Positions 18,171 through 26,966 of a stretch of 64,000 nucleotides of DNA are shown here, piece after piece. The DNA is from a virus (lineage: Duplodnaviria > Caudoviricetes). The stretch lies in the IMG/VR virus record IMGVR_UViG_2889388703_000001, positions 1 to 64,000 of that record; one strand, written 5' to 3'. The first letter of the stretch is position 1; each line of letters begins with the position of its first letter. The notes under the pieces are model-generated. The model searched no databases, had not been told where the DNA came from, and saw only the letters and a program-made list of their open reading frames with translations. Made by a program: the position numbers and the translations under genes.

Positions 18171-18539
18171 CTATATACAACTCAAAACTTCTCTTTTGCA
18201 GATAGGAAGGAAATTATCTATTAAATATCTAGCGCATTCTTTCCTTTCATTTAGATAGATACTGCACGATTTATTAATATAATCACTCCATCTATCTTCC
18301 AATGTCACTGGTAATATCTGCAATGCGTAATTATGTAAATCAATATCAACTATTCTTTTATTTATTAAATCAATAGCTAAATTAATAGCACTTGTTTTAC
18401 GAGCTACGTCTATGTCGTTTCTATGATTGTTATACCATTTTGTTCTGCACAATCTTACATAATTGTCGTATTTTTGAGTCGTTTCTTCCAGCTTTTCTTT
18501 TTTAGCTTTCAGTTTACTGATTGTTTTTTCTATATTCAT
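18171..18539 (-). CDS. Hypothetical early protein
   Basis: ORF with conserved leader. Confidence 0.7.
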   Translation of the reverse strand: MNIEKTISKLKAKKEKLEETTQKYDNYVRLCRTKWYNNHRNDIDVARKTSAINLAIDLINKRIVDIDLHNYALQILPVTLEDRWSDYINKSCSIYLNERKECARYLIDNFLPICKREVLSCI

Positions 18540-18603
18540 AACTCCTTTTATTTTAGTTAGACAACGTACCTGGAAGGAGTATTACTCTTCCTTCCGGTAT
18601 AAA

Positions 18604-18789
18604 TCAAAAGTTATCAGAAATCTTCTTTTCTACTCTCTTTTTGAATTTTTCTATCATTTCTTCAATCTCACACCGTAGCTCTTCATTTTCCAGATAGGAG
18701 CAATATGTTCTGCTATTATCAATGCTCTGTAAAATGTTTGTTACGGCATATTGATTTTTCTCTGATAAACTAAGTTTTTTTATTCCCAT
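18604..18789 (-). CDS. Small hypothetical early protein
   Basis: ORF with conserved leader. Confidence 0.7.
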   Translation of the reverse strand: MGIKKLSLSEKNQYAVTNILQSIDNSRTYCSYLENEELRCEIEEMIEKFKKRVEKKISDNF

Positions 18790-18855
18790 AATTCCAATAA
18801 TTTTAGTTAGACAATAGCAACCGGAGGGAGTATCACTCTCCCACCGGATTGAGGT

Positions 18856-19497
18856 TTAGGCCCAAAGTTTCTTTGCTAATTTATAGTTCTTTTGAGCTTC
18901 ATTGACCGCTTTTTTAGCATAAGTCAAAGAGTAAGCATGTTCGCGAGGATATTTCCCGGATTTAAGCCCCTGATGATATTCGGTAGCGACTTCCAGTTTG
19001 TGCTCATAATAGTCTATGCTTTCAGGAATTGAAAGATTTATCGTATCAGCTTTGTCTTCCCAATACTTAGCAACTCGTCTGTGTTCCTCTGCTTTATCCA
19101 TCATTTTCACTGCTTTTCCAGTATTGTTCCAGGCATCTTCTATCATCTTACGATGTCTTTTTTCACTGTGATGACCAACTTTGATAGGTTCTCCAAGAGA
19201 AAGGAAATCACGGTCTTTGTTGGATCTATCAAAGTATTTCTGGCTTTTGCTGTCTGCCGCATTAGCCCATTCAAGTCGTCTTTCAGCTCTTTTCTTAGCC
19301 CATTCCTGCACGTTGAATCCATCTGCACGAACTATGGAATAGTAATAACATCCGTCACGCTCAAATATCAGATTGAATACGATACTTTCATTTTCTTTCC
19401 CATATTTGGTAGTTACAAGGATAGTTTCACCTTTTTCATGCTTTTCATCACACTTTGCAAGAAATACATTTGGACACAATTTGTAGTAAACATTCAT
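18856..19497 (-). CDS. DUF3560-like protein
   Basis: GEPIKVGHHSEKRHRK signature. Confidence 0.8.
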   Translation of the reverse strand: MNVYYKLCPNVFLAKCDEKHEKGETILVTTKYGKENESIVFNLIFERDGCYYYSIVRADGFNVQEWAKKRAERRLEWANAADSKSQKYFDRSNKDRDFLSLGEPIKVGHHSEKRHRKMIEDAWNNTGKAVKMMDKAEEHRRVAKYWEDKADTINLSIPESIDYYEHKLEVATEYHQGLKSGKYPREHAYSLTYAKKAVNEAQKNYKLAKKLWA

Positions 19498-19549
19498 AAT
19501 TCAAAAATTTAAAAGTTAGACATAAAAGAATCCGGAGCGAGAATCACTC

Positions 19550-19696
19550 TCAGTCCGGATCGTTGTCGAGATATTCGTACCAGTAAGTCGTTTCTATAAA
19601 TTCGGTAGTAAGACATTCTTCTCCATTTTCTTCCCGGATCAGGTCGATAATGTCCTGTGGTACCGGCTCACCGAACGCATAAATTACTTTGTCCAT
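19550..19696 (-). CDS. Acidic 48-aa microprotein (not in ORF track)
   Basis: MDKVIYAFGEPVPQDIIDLIREENGEECLTTEFIETTYWYEYLDNDPD; occupies its own leader-bounded slot. Confidence 0.7.
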   Translation of the reverse strand: MDKVIYAFGEPVPQDIIDLIREENGEECLTTEFIETTYWYEYLDNDPD

Positions 19697-19762
19697 AATT
19701 CAATCAGTTTTATAGTTAGACATAAGTAAGGCGGTCGGAATCACTTCCGGCTGCCCTCTACA

Positions 19763-20887
19763 TTACAGAGAGAAAGCTTCTCTCAGCTCCGGTTCGCGTT
19801 TCTTTGAGAAAACCCAACCGGCACCGCATTTCAGTTTACCGTTGAATCGTCCGCCAAGCTCCTTGAGCTTCGCTACATAGTCGCGGGTGTTACCGATGAT
19901 AGCCACAGCCTTTTCGCTATAATCTACAATCTGCAAATCAGATTTATTTTCTACGGCTTTTGCTGTAGAACTTACAGGTTTTTCCTCCGGTTTCTGATAA
20001 AGGTCTATATCACTCAGATAACCTCGTAAACAACTTGAAGCAGAAGTGTACTGGTTAGATTCCACAAACTCTGAATAAGACTTTGGGAGAAACTGATTTG
20101 TTTCAGTTATTCCGATAGCCTCTGGATGTTTCGCATAGAATTTTTCTTTTGTCTCATTCCAGATTTTATCAGAATAGCTGCGTTCCAAATCCGGCATATA
20201 ACCGATTCCACCATATAAGGAAGTAAACTCGCTTTTGATGTGTTCTTCAATGTCTTCGTATCCGTTAAATGTCGTATCTACAAACTTAGAACAGATTTTA
20301 GCAACCATCTTTTCGGTCGGACCGTCCGTCCATCTTATGTTGTAGCTTTTTGAACCATTCTTTTTGGAATAGAATTTTACACCTGGGAAAGCACGCTTCA
20401 GAAGCACAAGCATGTTTTGTTTGGCCGTCTTGTCGTCATAGCTATTACACTCAGTCAGTATCGAGCCATACTCTTTTCGGAGCTGATCGGTACGATTTTG
20501 GCTGGCTATACGTTTGTTTTTCTCCAGACGCTCGTTCCATGCCTGCTGTACTTCGCACTGGTGAACCAGTTTGGCTATTTCCTGCTCGGGCATACGGTAG
20601 TCGGGCTCTTTGTCGTCCCAATAGTAACCAATACCGAACTTCTTTGATAACGGCTGGTCGTCCTGCCCTACTCTCCAGTATGCGAAACGGTGCGGTCTAC
20701 CGATTTCTGCCATTTTCTGCCGTCCGTGAATGTCTGGTGCAGAAGTCACGATAAACTTACCGCTTTCGCTTCCTCCATAACCTAAGAACCCATAAACGCG
20801 CTGGCCTACTTCGAGAACCTTTTTACCGATTTCTACCATCTGAAAACCATTTGACCAATCCATTCTGTACATTTTTCCTGATTCCAT
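19763..20887 (-). CDS. LPD29-like (large polyvalent protein domain) protein
   Basis: AKQNMLVLLKRAFPGVKFY...IRWTDGPT...FNGYED; C-terminal DYSEKAVAIIGNTR...LKELGGRFN domain. Confidence 0.7.
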   Translation of the reverse strand: MESGKMYRMDWSNGFQMVEIGKKVLEVGQRVYGFLGYGGSESGKFIVTSAPDIHGRQKMAEIGRPHRFAYWRVGQDDQPLSKKFGIGYYWDDKEPDYRMPEQEIAKLVHQCEVQQAWNERLEKNKRIASQNRTDQLRKEYGSILTECNSYDDKTAKQNMLVLLKRAFPGVKFYSKKNGSKSYNIRWTDGPTEKMVAKICSKFVDTTFNGYEDIEEHIKSEFTSLYGGIGYMPDLERSYSDKIWNETKEKFYAKHPEAIGITETNQFLPKSYSEFVESNQYTSASSCLRGYLSDIDLYQKPEEKPVSSTAKAVENKSDLQIVDYSEKAVAIIGNTRDYVAKLKELGGRFNGKLKCGAGWVFSKKREPELREAFSL

Positions 20888-20950
20888 AATTCTATAAATT
20901 TTAAGTTAGACAATAGGCCCCGGCAGATTCTCAAAAACCTGCCGGAATGT

Positions 20951-21493
20951 TTAAGCTACACAGAAGTAGAAATCACCCTGATGGCGGTATCCGCTGGTAA
21001 GCAATGTCCTGGAGTATGCTTCGTAGTCGAAATACTGACCGAACTCTGTTTGAAGTTCTTCAGGCCATTTCATTTCCGCCATATAGGTGGCAAACGCTTC
21101 TTCAGTATCGAACTGACCCTGATATTTTTCTCTGAACTTTTCTACGAGCTCTTCACCGTCTTTGATATAGGAATAATCCACAAAGTACATATCAAGAAAC
21201 GTAAAAAATGCTTCTGTCTCTGTGTCATCCATATCTTTTGCGCACTGAATGATACCAAATATTCGCGGGTCGATATAGCTTTCGTTTATCATACCGTCTG
21301 GTATGTTTGAGTAGTCCTGATACATAAACTCCGGTTCGTCTTCGTCACTATGCAATTCCTTACAGGCTTCCATAAACTCATCTTTTGATTTATAGTCGGC
21401 CAATTCCATCCATGCGCCAGCCAGCGAACCTTCATTATATTTCTTATATGTACCTACATATACGCTTGCTCTGATTAATTTTGATTTTTCCAT
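20951..21493 (-). CDS. ardA: ArdA-like antirestriction protein
   Basis: VYVGTYKKYNEGSLAGAW, EFMYQDY, YFDYEAYSR; acidic. Confidence 0.85.
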   Translation of the reverse strand: MEKSKLIRASVYVGTYKKYNEGSLAGAWMELADYKSKDEFMEACKELHSDEDEPEFMYQDYSNIPDGMINESYIDPRIFGIIQCAKDMDDTETEAFFTFLDMYFVDYSYIKDGEELVEKFREKYQGQFDTEEAFATYMAEMKWPEELQTEFGQYFDYEAYSRTLLTSGYRHQGDFYFCVA

Positions 21494-21560
21494 AATTCCA
21501 ATAATTTAAGTTAGACATAAAAGAAGCCGGAAGCAGTTTCAGGCTGCTTCCGGCTGGATA

Positions 21561-21716
21561 TTAATTGTAGACTCTGACTTTTTTTACATGCCATATACCG
21601 CGTAGAAAATGACTGTCAAATCTCGCATTCTGTATTGAGCGGTACGGACCGCGTTTTGCACCTCCGTTACATAGGTCCACACATACCAGGTAGTATTCAT
21701 AATGATATTTTCCCAT
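21561..21716 (-). CDS. Basic 51-aa microprotein (not in ORF track)
   Basis: MGKYHYEYYLVCVDLCNGGAKRGPYRSIQNARFDSHFLRGIWHVKKVRVYN; own leader-bounded slot. Confidence 0.65.
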   Translation of the reverse strand: MGKYHYEYYLVCVDLCNGGAKRGPYRSIQNARFDSHFLRGIWHVKKVRVYN

Positions 21717-21783
21717 AATTCCTTTGTTTTAAGTTAGACATAAAGCAGGCGGCCACCGGATAATCAGCAGCTGCCTGTATGAA

Positions 21784-22032
21784 TCACTCAAGCTTGAATA
21801 GAAAAAGATTCTCTTTGCCTTCCATATCAAAGGTGTATTCCGGTTCCTTTTTTATGTGGGAGAAAAAGTCATCCTTTTTTTGATACACATACAGATACAT
21901 TCCTTCGATATTTACATCTTCTTCCGTTCCGAAATACTCTTTTGTATTTACATCCTGAACAAACCCAGAACAACAGTTATCAAGTCCTTCGCATGAAAAG
22001 TGATTCAGCAGATTAAAAGTTTCTTGTGTCAT
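21784..22032 (-). CDS. Small acidic hypothetical protein
   Basis: ORF with conserved leader. Confidence 0.7.
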   Translation of the reverse strand: MTQETFNLLNHFSCEGLDNCCSGFVQDVNTKEYFGTEEDVNIEGMYLYVYQKKDDFFSHIKKEPEYTFDMEGKENLFLFKLE

Positions 22033-22095
22033 AATTCCGATAATTTAGTTATACGATAGCATCCGGCACCGCTGCAAGGCGGAACCGGGTAATAG

Positions 22096-22509
22096 TCAGG
22101 AAAGAGCACGATTCAGACGTTTCCGGATTTGTGGTACCGTATAAAAATCCCCATAATAATTTCCTCCGAATACGCCATCATATCCATAATAGGAAAGTAT
22201 GTCACTCAACATATATTGAGGAAAGTTTTTTACGTCATCCAGCCATTCTTTCCCATTTTCCATACAGCATGTAGAAGCTATTCTGGCTGCATCCGGATAT
22301 TCATTTTCTCCCATGGTGTCAATAAAATATTTTTCCCATTCTTTCGGATTGAACCATCCGTATGCGTATAAAGGTTTGTCTCCTTCATAGCCTGCAAGAT
22401 ATATCACCTGATATTCATAATTTCCATGGTAACGCATAAGAAAACCGTAATCAAATAACGATGATTCATTGTTAGCATCCACGCCAAACCAATTTCTGTT
22501 TTTATCCAT
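22096..22509 (-). CDS. Tyr/Asp-rich hypothetical protein
   Basis: ORF with conserved leader. Confidence 0.7.
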   Translation of the reverse strand: MDKNRNWFGVDANNESSLFDYGFLMRYHGNYEYQVIYLAGYEGDKPLYAYGWFNPKEWEKYFIDTMGENEYPDAARIASTCCMENGKEWLDDVKNFPQYMLSDILSYYGYDGVFGGNYYGDFYTVPQIRKRLNRALS

Positions 22510-22570
22510 AATTCCATAGTTTAAGTTAGATATAGCACTGATTCCTGATATAAACAGGAATCAGTTTTGT

Positions 22571-22897
22571 TTAATAACGTAAACCTAATTCTGTACATTC
22601 TGACGGAGATATAGTTTTGTAATTTTTTTTATACCTACCAAAATCGTCATTATGACAAATTTTTCTTGCAGGTTTCCTGTCATATGAGTAGCACACATTT
22701 TCGCCTTTTGAGATAAATATTGCGAATTTATAGGCCAAATATTCAACCGATTCCTTATTAAATGTGCTACTCCATGTATTTACTACATACTTAACTTTAT
22801 TATCATTGTCTACGATAACAAGGTATTTGTCTTCCCTGTCCCATACATAACCGATTTCTACATTTACGTTTTTACCGTTTACATCTAAAAGCTTCAT
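22571..22897 (-). CDS. Hypothetical early protein
   Basis: ORF with conserved leader. Confidence 0.7.
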   Translation of the reverse strand: MKLLDVNGKNVNVEIGYVWDREDKYLVIVDNDNKVKYVVNTWSSTFNKESVEYLAYKFAIFISKGENVCYSYDRKPARKICHNDDFGRYKKNYKTISPSECTELGLRY

Positions 22898-22961
22898 AAT
22901 TCCTATAGTTTTAAGTTAGTAATCGTGTCTGGAAGTACCGTAAAGCACCTCCAGCATGGAA

Positions 22962-23177
22962 TTAATACCCCATAGCGTCGTAGTACGATTTGTTTTTTAC
23001 GTACTCTCTCGCTATTTCGTAGTCACTGCAATCTTCGCCGAGCTTTGCGCTAATACTTTCGTATGCGCTTTTGGGCATTACATAAATAACCTGTTCGCTC
23101 CAGTCGGAACGACCGGCGAAACATAAAGCCACGAATAAAAACACGCAGCACAGAATGACTTTAATTTGCTTTTTCAT
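22962..23177 (-). CDS. Small secreted/membrane protein
   Basis: Signal-peptide-like N-terminus; degenerate leader. Confidence 0.65.
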   Translation of the reverse strand: MKKQIKVILCCVFLFVALCFAGRSDWSEQVIYVMPKSAYESISAKLGEDCSDYEIAREYVKNKSYYDAMGY

Positions 23178-23240
23178 AACTCAAACTATTTAAGAAGTTT
23201 GCAGGCCGTACACCGGCAAAGGTGAACGGCCTGATAGAGT

Positions 23241-23528
23241 TCATTCTGAGATGTATTCATCCCAAGATTTTTCAAGCATACCGTTATCTTTTGCCCATTT
23301 TCCATAACGGGATAGAAAATCTTCAAAATCATGCTTTTCTGAACACTTCAAGTTTTTCATATAGGACTTATTCCCATAGAACTCTGATAACTCTTTTTTC
23401 CATCCATTATAGAATGAACATTCATGACCATTGGCTAATATTCTTCCAGCATAGTCTTTTAATTCTTCATTTACTTTGCCGAATGTATTAATGTAACCAC
23501 AAGCATAGAAAAACAGTAATTCTCTCAT
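23241..23528 (-). CDS. Hypothetical early protein
   Basis: ORF with conserved leader. Confidence 0.65.
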   Translation of the reverse strand: MRELLFFYACGYINTFGKVNEELKDYAGRILANGHECSFYNGWKKELSEFYGNKSYMKNLKCSEKHDFEDFLSRYGKWAKDNGMLEKSWDEYISE

Positions 23529-23544
23529 AATTCAAAAAGTTTAT

Positions 23545-24180
23545 AGTTATACATACAAGAAGTGCCATGCACCCGAAAGCGCATAGCACTACATAGGTAG
23601 GGGTTTTCCGTACCACCCCCGAAGCTGGTTTTCGTTGCGTTGACGCATACCCGCCTATATGCACCATGATACACTATTTGCATAGCGTTCACGGATACAC
23701 TTTTCACATAGACGACCTTTGCAGGCGCACCGCCATACAGACACACGTGTCCGCATGGTACGTTGATTCCATAGGCCCGGATAACTCCCAGCCCGTTCCA
23801 TACATACGCTAAAACAGTATGGATCTTTTCCGGTTAACTACTCCGGCATACACCCAAGATTGAACAGGGCATAGCACACCCGTACATGAATCCATACGGA
23901 CACGGTGCACCCTGACTGACCGTTCAACACGTTGCAGGACACACCGCACCCATACGGGTACAGTTATGCCATAGAATTATGAATTATGATTTTCCGGCCC
24001 TGGATACCTTCAGACTCTTGGCCTGGATAACTATAGGCGCACACGTGCGCCCCTATATGCAACAGTAGCACACGTGCCGCCGTATTACATAGGTAGGTAT
24101 CTTTTTTGCCGGCCGTATGAGATAGAATATATTTTTGTGGGTGTCCGGGAATCGGACCCGGACGAATACCATACACCCTA
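23545..24180 (-). ncRNA. Candidate large structured RNA
   Basis: GC-richer than the flanking genes, many hairpins, repeated UAUGG; its ORFs lack the conserved leader. Confidence 0.35.
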
Positions 24181-24184
24181 AAGA

Positions 24185-24724
24185 TTAAGCCGCGTCTACA
24201 ATACGTTCTGCAATTTGTTGCAACATATCTTCAGAAGCGTCTAAGAATTCTAATTTTAAAGCTTGCAATGTAGCGTTTATCTTTGATTCACGTTTTTCTG
24301 CTTTCTTTGTTTCTTTCTTTGCCGCTTTCTCTTTTGCTGCTTTTTCCTGTTTTTCCTTTGCCTGATTTATTTGTAGCAAACTTTCTAAGCTTGCAAAAAA
24401 ATCGTCTTCATCGAATCTTATTGGAATGTATTCGAAATATTTTTTCCCTATCTGGACTACTTTTAATTCGTTCCCGTCCAATGTTTCAATATCTGATAAT
24501 CTTTTTAATTTACAGAAAACAGGCAAACCGTCTCCAAGCTCGAAGCTTAGCAACATAGAAAGATCAACTTTCTTTATACCGTAAAAATCTAAGTATCTTT
24601 TAATTTTTTCCTGATCACGGTTTTTGTTTATTGTATTCATAACGCCAAACGGTGATCTATTAAGCTTTTTAGTTTCTTTTTTAGCCTCGCGTCTCAATAC
24701 TGATTTAGATACATTTGTTTTCAT
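24185..24724 (-). CDS. First gene of the early operon, Lys/Glu-rich
   Basis: 179 aa ORF with conserved leader. Confidence 0.75.
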   Translation of the reverse strand: MKTNVSKSVLRREAKKETKKLNRSPFGVMNTINKNRDQEKIKRYLDFYGIKKVDLSMLLSFELGDGLPVFCKLKRLSDIETLDGNELKVVQIGKKYFEYIPIRFDEDDFFASLESLLQINQAKEKQEKAAKEKAAKKETKKAEKRESKINATLQALKLEFLDASEDMLQQIAERIVDAA

Positions 24725-25216
24725 AAGTCCATAATTTTAAGTTAGTAATAATATAGTAACGGGTATCGACTATGCACGACCCGGGAGAACATAGTTCACC
24801 CGTTAGGCTACCTTTCGGCTCCTTTCCCGTTATCAATATATTACTATCTCATACGGATAATTTTGTTACAGACTAACCGCGCCGCGTGTACTTTGTTCCG
24901 TTTGCTTTCGTGTGTGGCTGTCAAACTATAACAGCCGGGAAAGTATCAAACTATGACAGTGAACAGGATCACCATACGGAACGCGGATCACGTTTATACG
25001 GTATTTTTTCAAAGAACGTTTTTTCTTTCTGAATATTTTCTGGAACGGAAAGAAAAACGTATCTTTGTTTTGCGACAAACGAAGAAAGTTTAATCTTTCT
25101 TTTTCCCGGGCGGGTATTCCTGTAATACCCGCTTTTTTTATACCTGGAAAGAACGTTTTTCCGGGCTTTGGCAAGCCCCGGAAGCTTGGTAAACGTTTGC
25201 TTATCGTTTACAGTTA

Positions 25217-25247
25217 CAAAGGTAGTACTATTTTCTGTATATGCAAA
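25217..25247 (-). promoter_or_regulatory. Consensus Bacteroidetes sigma-A promoter driving the early island
   Basis: Minus strand TTTG-N19-TACCTTTG, a perfect -33/-7 match. Confidence 0.8.
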
Positions 25248-25360
25248 TACATGGCACTATTTTCTGTATTAATTTAACCGTTATTTACTATTCAAACCAA
25301 AACGAAAGGTTTATTTACATTTACCGCGCTTTCTGGTGGCGTTCCTCCATGGTGAGGAAC

Positions 25361-25440
25361 GACACCAGCGGACACCAGCGGACACCAGCGGACACCAGCG
25401 GACACCAGCAGCCACCAGCGGACACCAGCAGCCACCAGGC
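25361..25440. repeat. 10-bp tandem repeat G(A/C)CACCAGC(G/A), about 8 copies
   Basis: Directly visible; followed by a very GC-rich stretch to about 25545. Confidence 0.95.
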
Positions 25441-25620
25441 ACGGCGGGCCGCGCCGCGCCGCCGGACGCGGCCACCGCCCGGGCATATATCACCGCCGGA
25501 CGGGGTCCCAGGGGGACGCGTCCCACGTAGCGAGGCGCGGGGTTTTCATCGTGAATCGGGCAAAAATCCTTTGTTTCAATTCCAAATTATCAGATTGTTA
25601 TTCAGTTTTGAAGGGAATAC

Positions 25621-25655
25621 AAAAAAAGGCAACCGGATTCCGTCCGATTGCCTTT
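25621..25655 (-). terminator. Intrinsic terminator
   Basis: AAAAAAAGGCAA...TTGCCTTT. Confidence 0.6.
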
Positions 25656-25721
25656 ATATACTTTATGTATTGTCCTTTCTACATACGTTTCCTTTTAGTA
25701 TCTTTGCTAAAAATAAAAAAT

Positions 25722-26183
25722 CTATGAAGAAAAGAAAATTGATTTGCACCATTGTAGGAATAATTTTAGGAGCTCCTTTAGGTTTGGTGATAGGGTATAT
25801 ATTAAGGAAGTACATACTGCTGTTACTGCAATAGTCAGTATGGTATGACTGTCTTTTATTATTGAAAGGATTTTTGATATGACTTCAAGTCTTTTCATCT
25901 TAATGTCTAACCGTTGGTTAGAGTGTATCTTTCTGATATATTTACTTATTCCTAAATTTATAGCTACCTCACCATTGGAAGACAAGCATATCCATGATTT
26001 TGAGCGATAAATAAGCTTATAGTCTTCTATCATTCGGCTTATCACAAAAGTACTTTCTAATTGATTGAAAGAATTATCTACACTCTCAAGTTTATCAAGA
26101 AGGTCACTTTCCCTTATATGTCCATTTGATTCTTTTAATACTAAAAGTATTTTTTCTGCTATAATGTTTTGCTTCTCATTCAT
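25722..26183 (-). CDS. AT-rich moron-like protein with C-terminal hydrophobic segment
   Basis: 153 aa; own promoter and structured leader. Confidence 0.6.
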   Translation of the reverse strand: MNEKQNIIAEKILLVLKESNGHIRESDLLDKLESVDNSFNQLESTFVISRMIEDYKLIYRSKSWICLSSNGEVAINLGISKYIRKIHSNQRLDIKMKRLEVISKILSIIKDSHTILTIAVTAVCTSLIYTLSPNLKELLKLFLQWCKSIFFSS

Positions 26184-26196
26184 ATCTTAAAAAAAA

Positions 26197-26303
26197 TCAC
26201 ATCTTCATGCCGTGCGCCCACAGAGAACCACTCTGAATCCGATTTTACGGATTACACGGCATGAAGATGTGACTTATAGTTCTTTATGGGCATTACAAAT
26301 ATA
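26197..26303 (-). promoter_or_regulatory. Promoter plus structured leader with alternative pairings
   Basis: TATATTTG at 26296-26303; 18-bp perfect inverted repeat 26197-26214/26255-26272; second inverted pair 26216-26228/26279-26291. Confidence 0.55.
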
Positions 26304-26348
26304 CAATTTCTTTTTTATGATAATCTGTTTTGTGTGAAATTTAATTTT

Positions 26349-26825
26349 TCACAGAGTCAATTCAATAGATAGAAGTTTGTTACCTATTTCTACTATTGAC
26401 ATATTGAAAAGAGTTATTTCTTCATCCTTAAAACGATACTTCTCAGGACATGACATTCTCTTTTTGTACCATGTAATATTTTTCCCAAGTTTATTGATGT
26501 AAATGTAAGGCATACATATCACCTTGGATAACTCTTTTATTTGAGATACAATTTTCTGACGAGATTCTATAATGTCATCCGATTCTACACTAGAGATTCT
26601 AGTAGACAACAGCTTCTCACCTATTTCCTTAAAAACTGTATTTAACAAATCTATATCTGACTGTGAAAATCCCTTGGATGTAGTTGTTGTTGTTTCATGA
26701 TTCATTTTATGATAAATCCAACTACTTGATTTCCCAATATAGTCTGTCACATACTTAAACTTAATCATTTCCGCTATCATCGGTAGACCTTGATTAACCG
26801 ATACCTTAATTTTTTCTGTTTCCAT
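26349..26825 (-). CDS. Tandem DUF5053-like HTH protein
   Basis: Two internal repeats (YIGKSSSWIYHKM...FKEIGEKL / KLGKNITWYKKRM...IVEIGNKL). Confidence 0.55.
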   Translation of the reverse strand: METEKIKVSVNQGLPMIAEMIKFKYVTDYIGKSSSWIYHKMNHETTTTTSKGFSQSDIDLLNTVFKEIGEKLLSTRISSVESDDIIESRQKIVSQIKELSKVICMPYIYINKLGKNITWYKKRMSCPEKYRFKDEEITLFNMSIVEIGNKLLSIELTL

Positions 26826-26966
26826 CTTGCTATCTTTCTTTTTCCAGTGCAAATATAGTACTTTTTTCTTTATTATGGAAATAGTTTTCAGAAAACATTT
26901 TCACATAAAAAAAGAGGCACCCTCACGGGCACCCCTCTCTCAACAAAAAAAGAAGACTGAAAGATT

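Larger units (their letters stand above)
16878..24760 (-). repeat. Array of about 17 conserved intergenic leaders: GC hairpin + TCTAACTTAAAA-N4-6-GGAATT-ATG
   Basis: Seen before starts at 16877, 17406, 17770, 18102, 18539, 18789, 19497, 19696, 20887, 21493, 21716, 22032, 22509, 22897, 23177, 23528 and 24724 (some degenerate). Confidence 0.9.

Noticed and set aside
16878-24760. Integron cassette array (GTTAGAC matches the GTTRRRY core)
   Set aside because: The order is wrong for attC: no RYYYAAC...GTTRRRY pair encloses the hairpin, the motif sits in the translation start region, and no integron integrase is in the window.
25361-25440. CRISPR array
   Set aside because: Contiguous 10-bp units with no spacers.
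25241-25834. ORFs across the tandem repeat (197 aa and overlapping frames)
   Set aside because: Open only because the repeat and GC block lack stop codons; the products are low-complexity.
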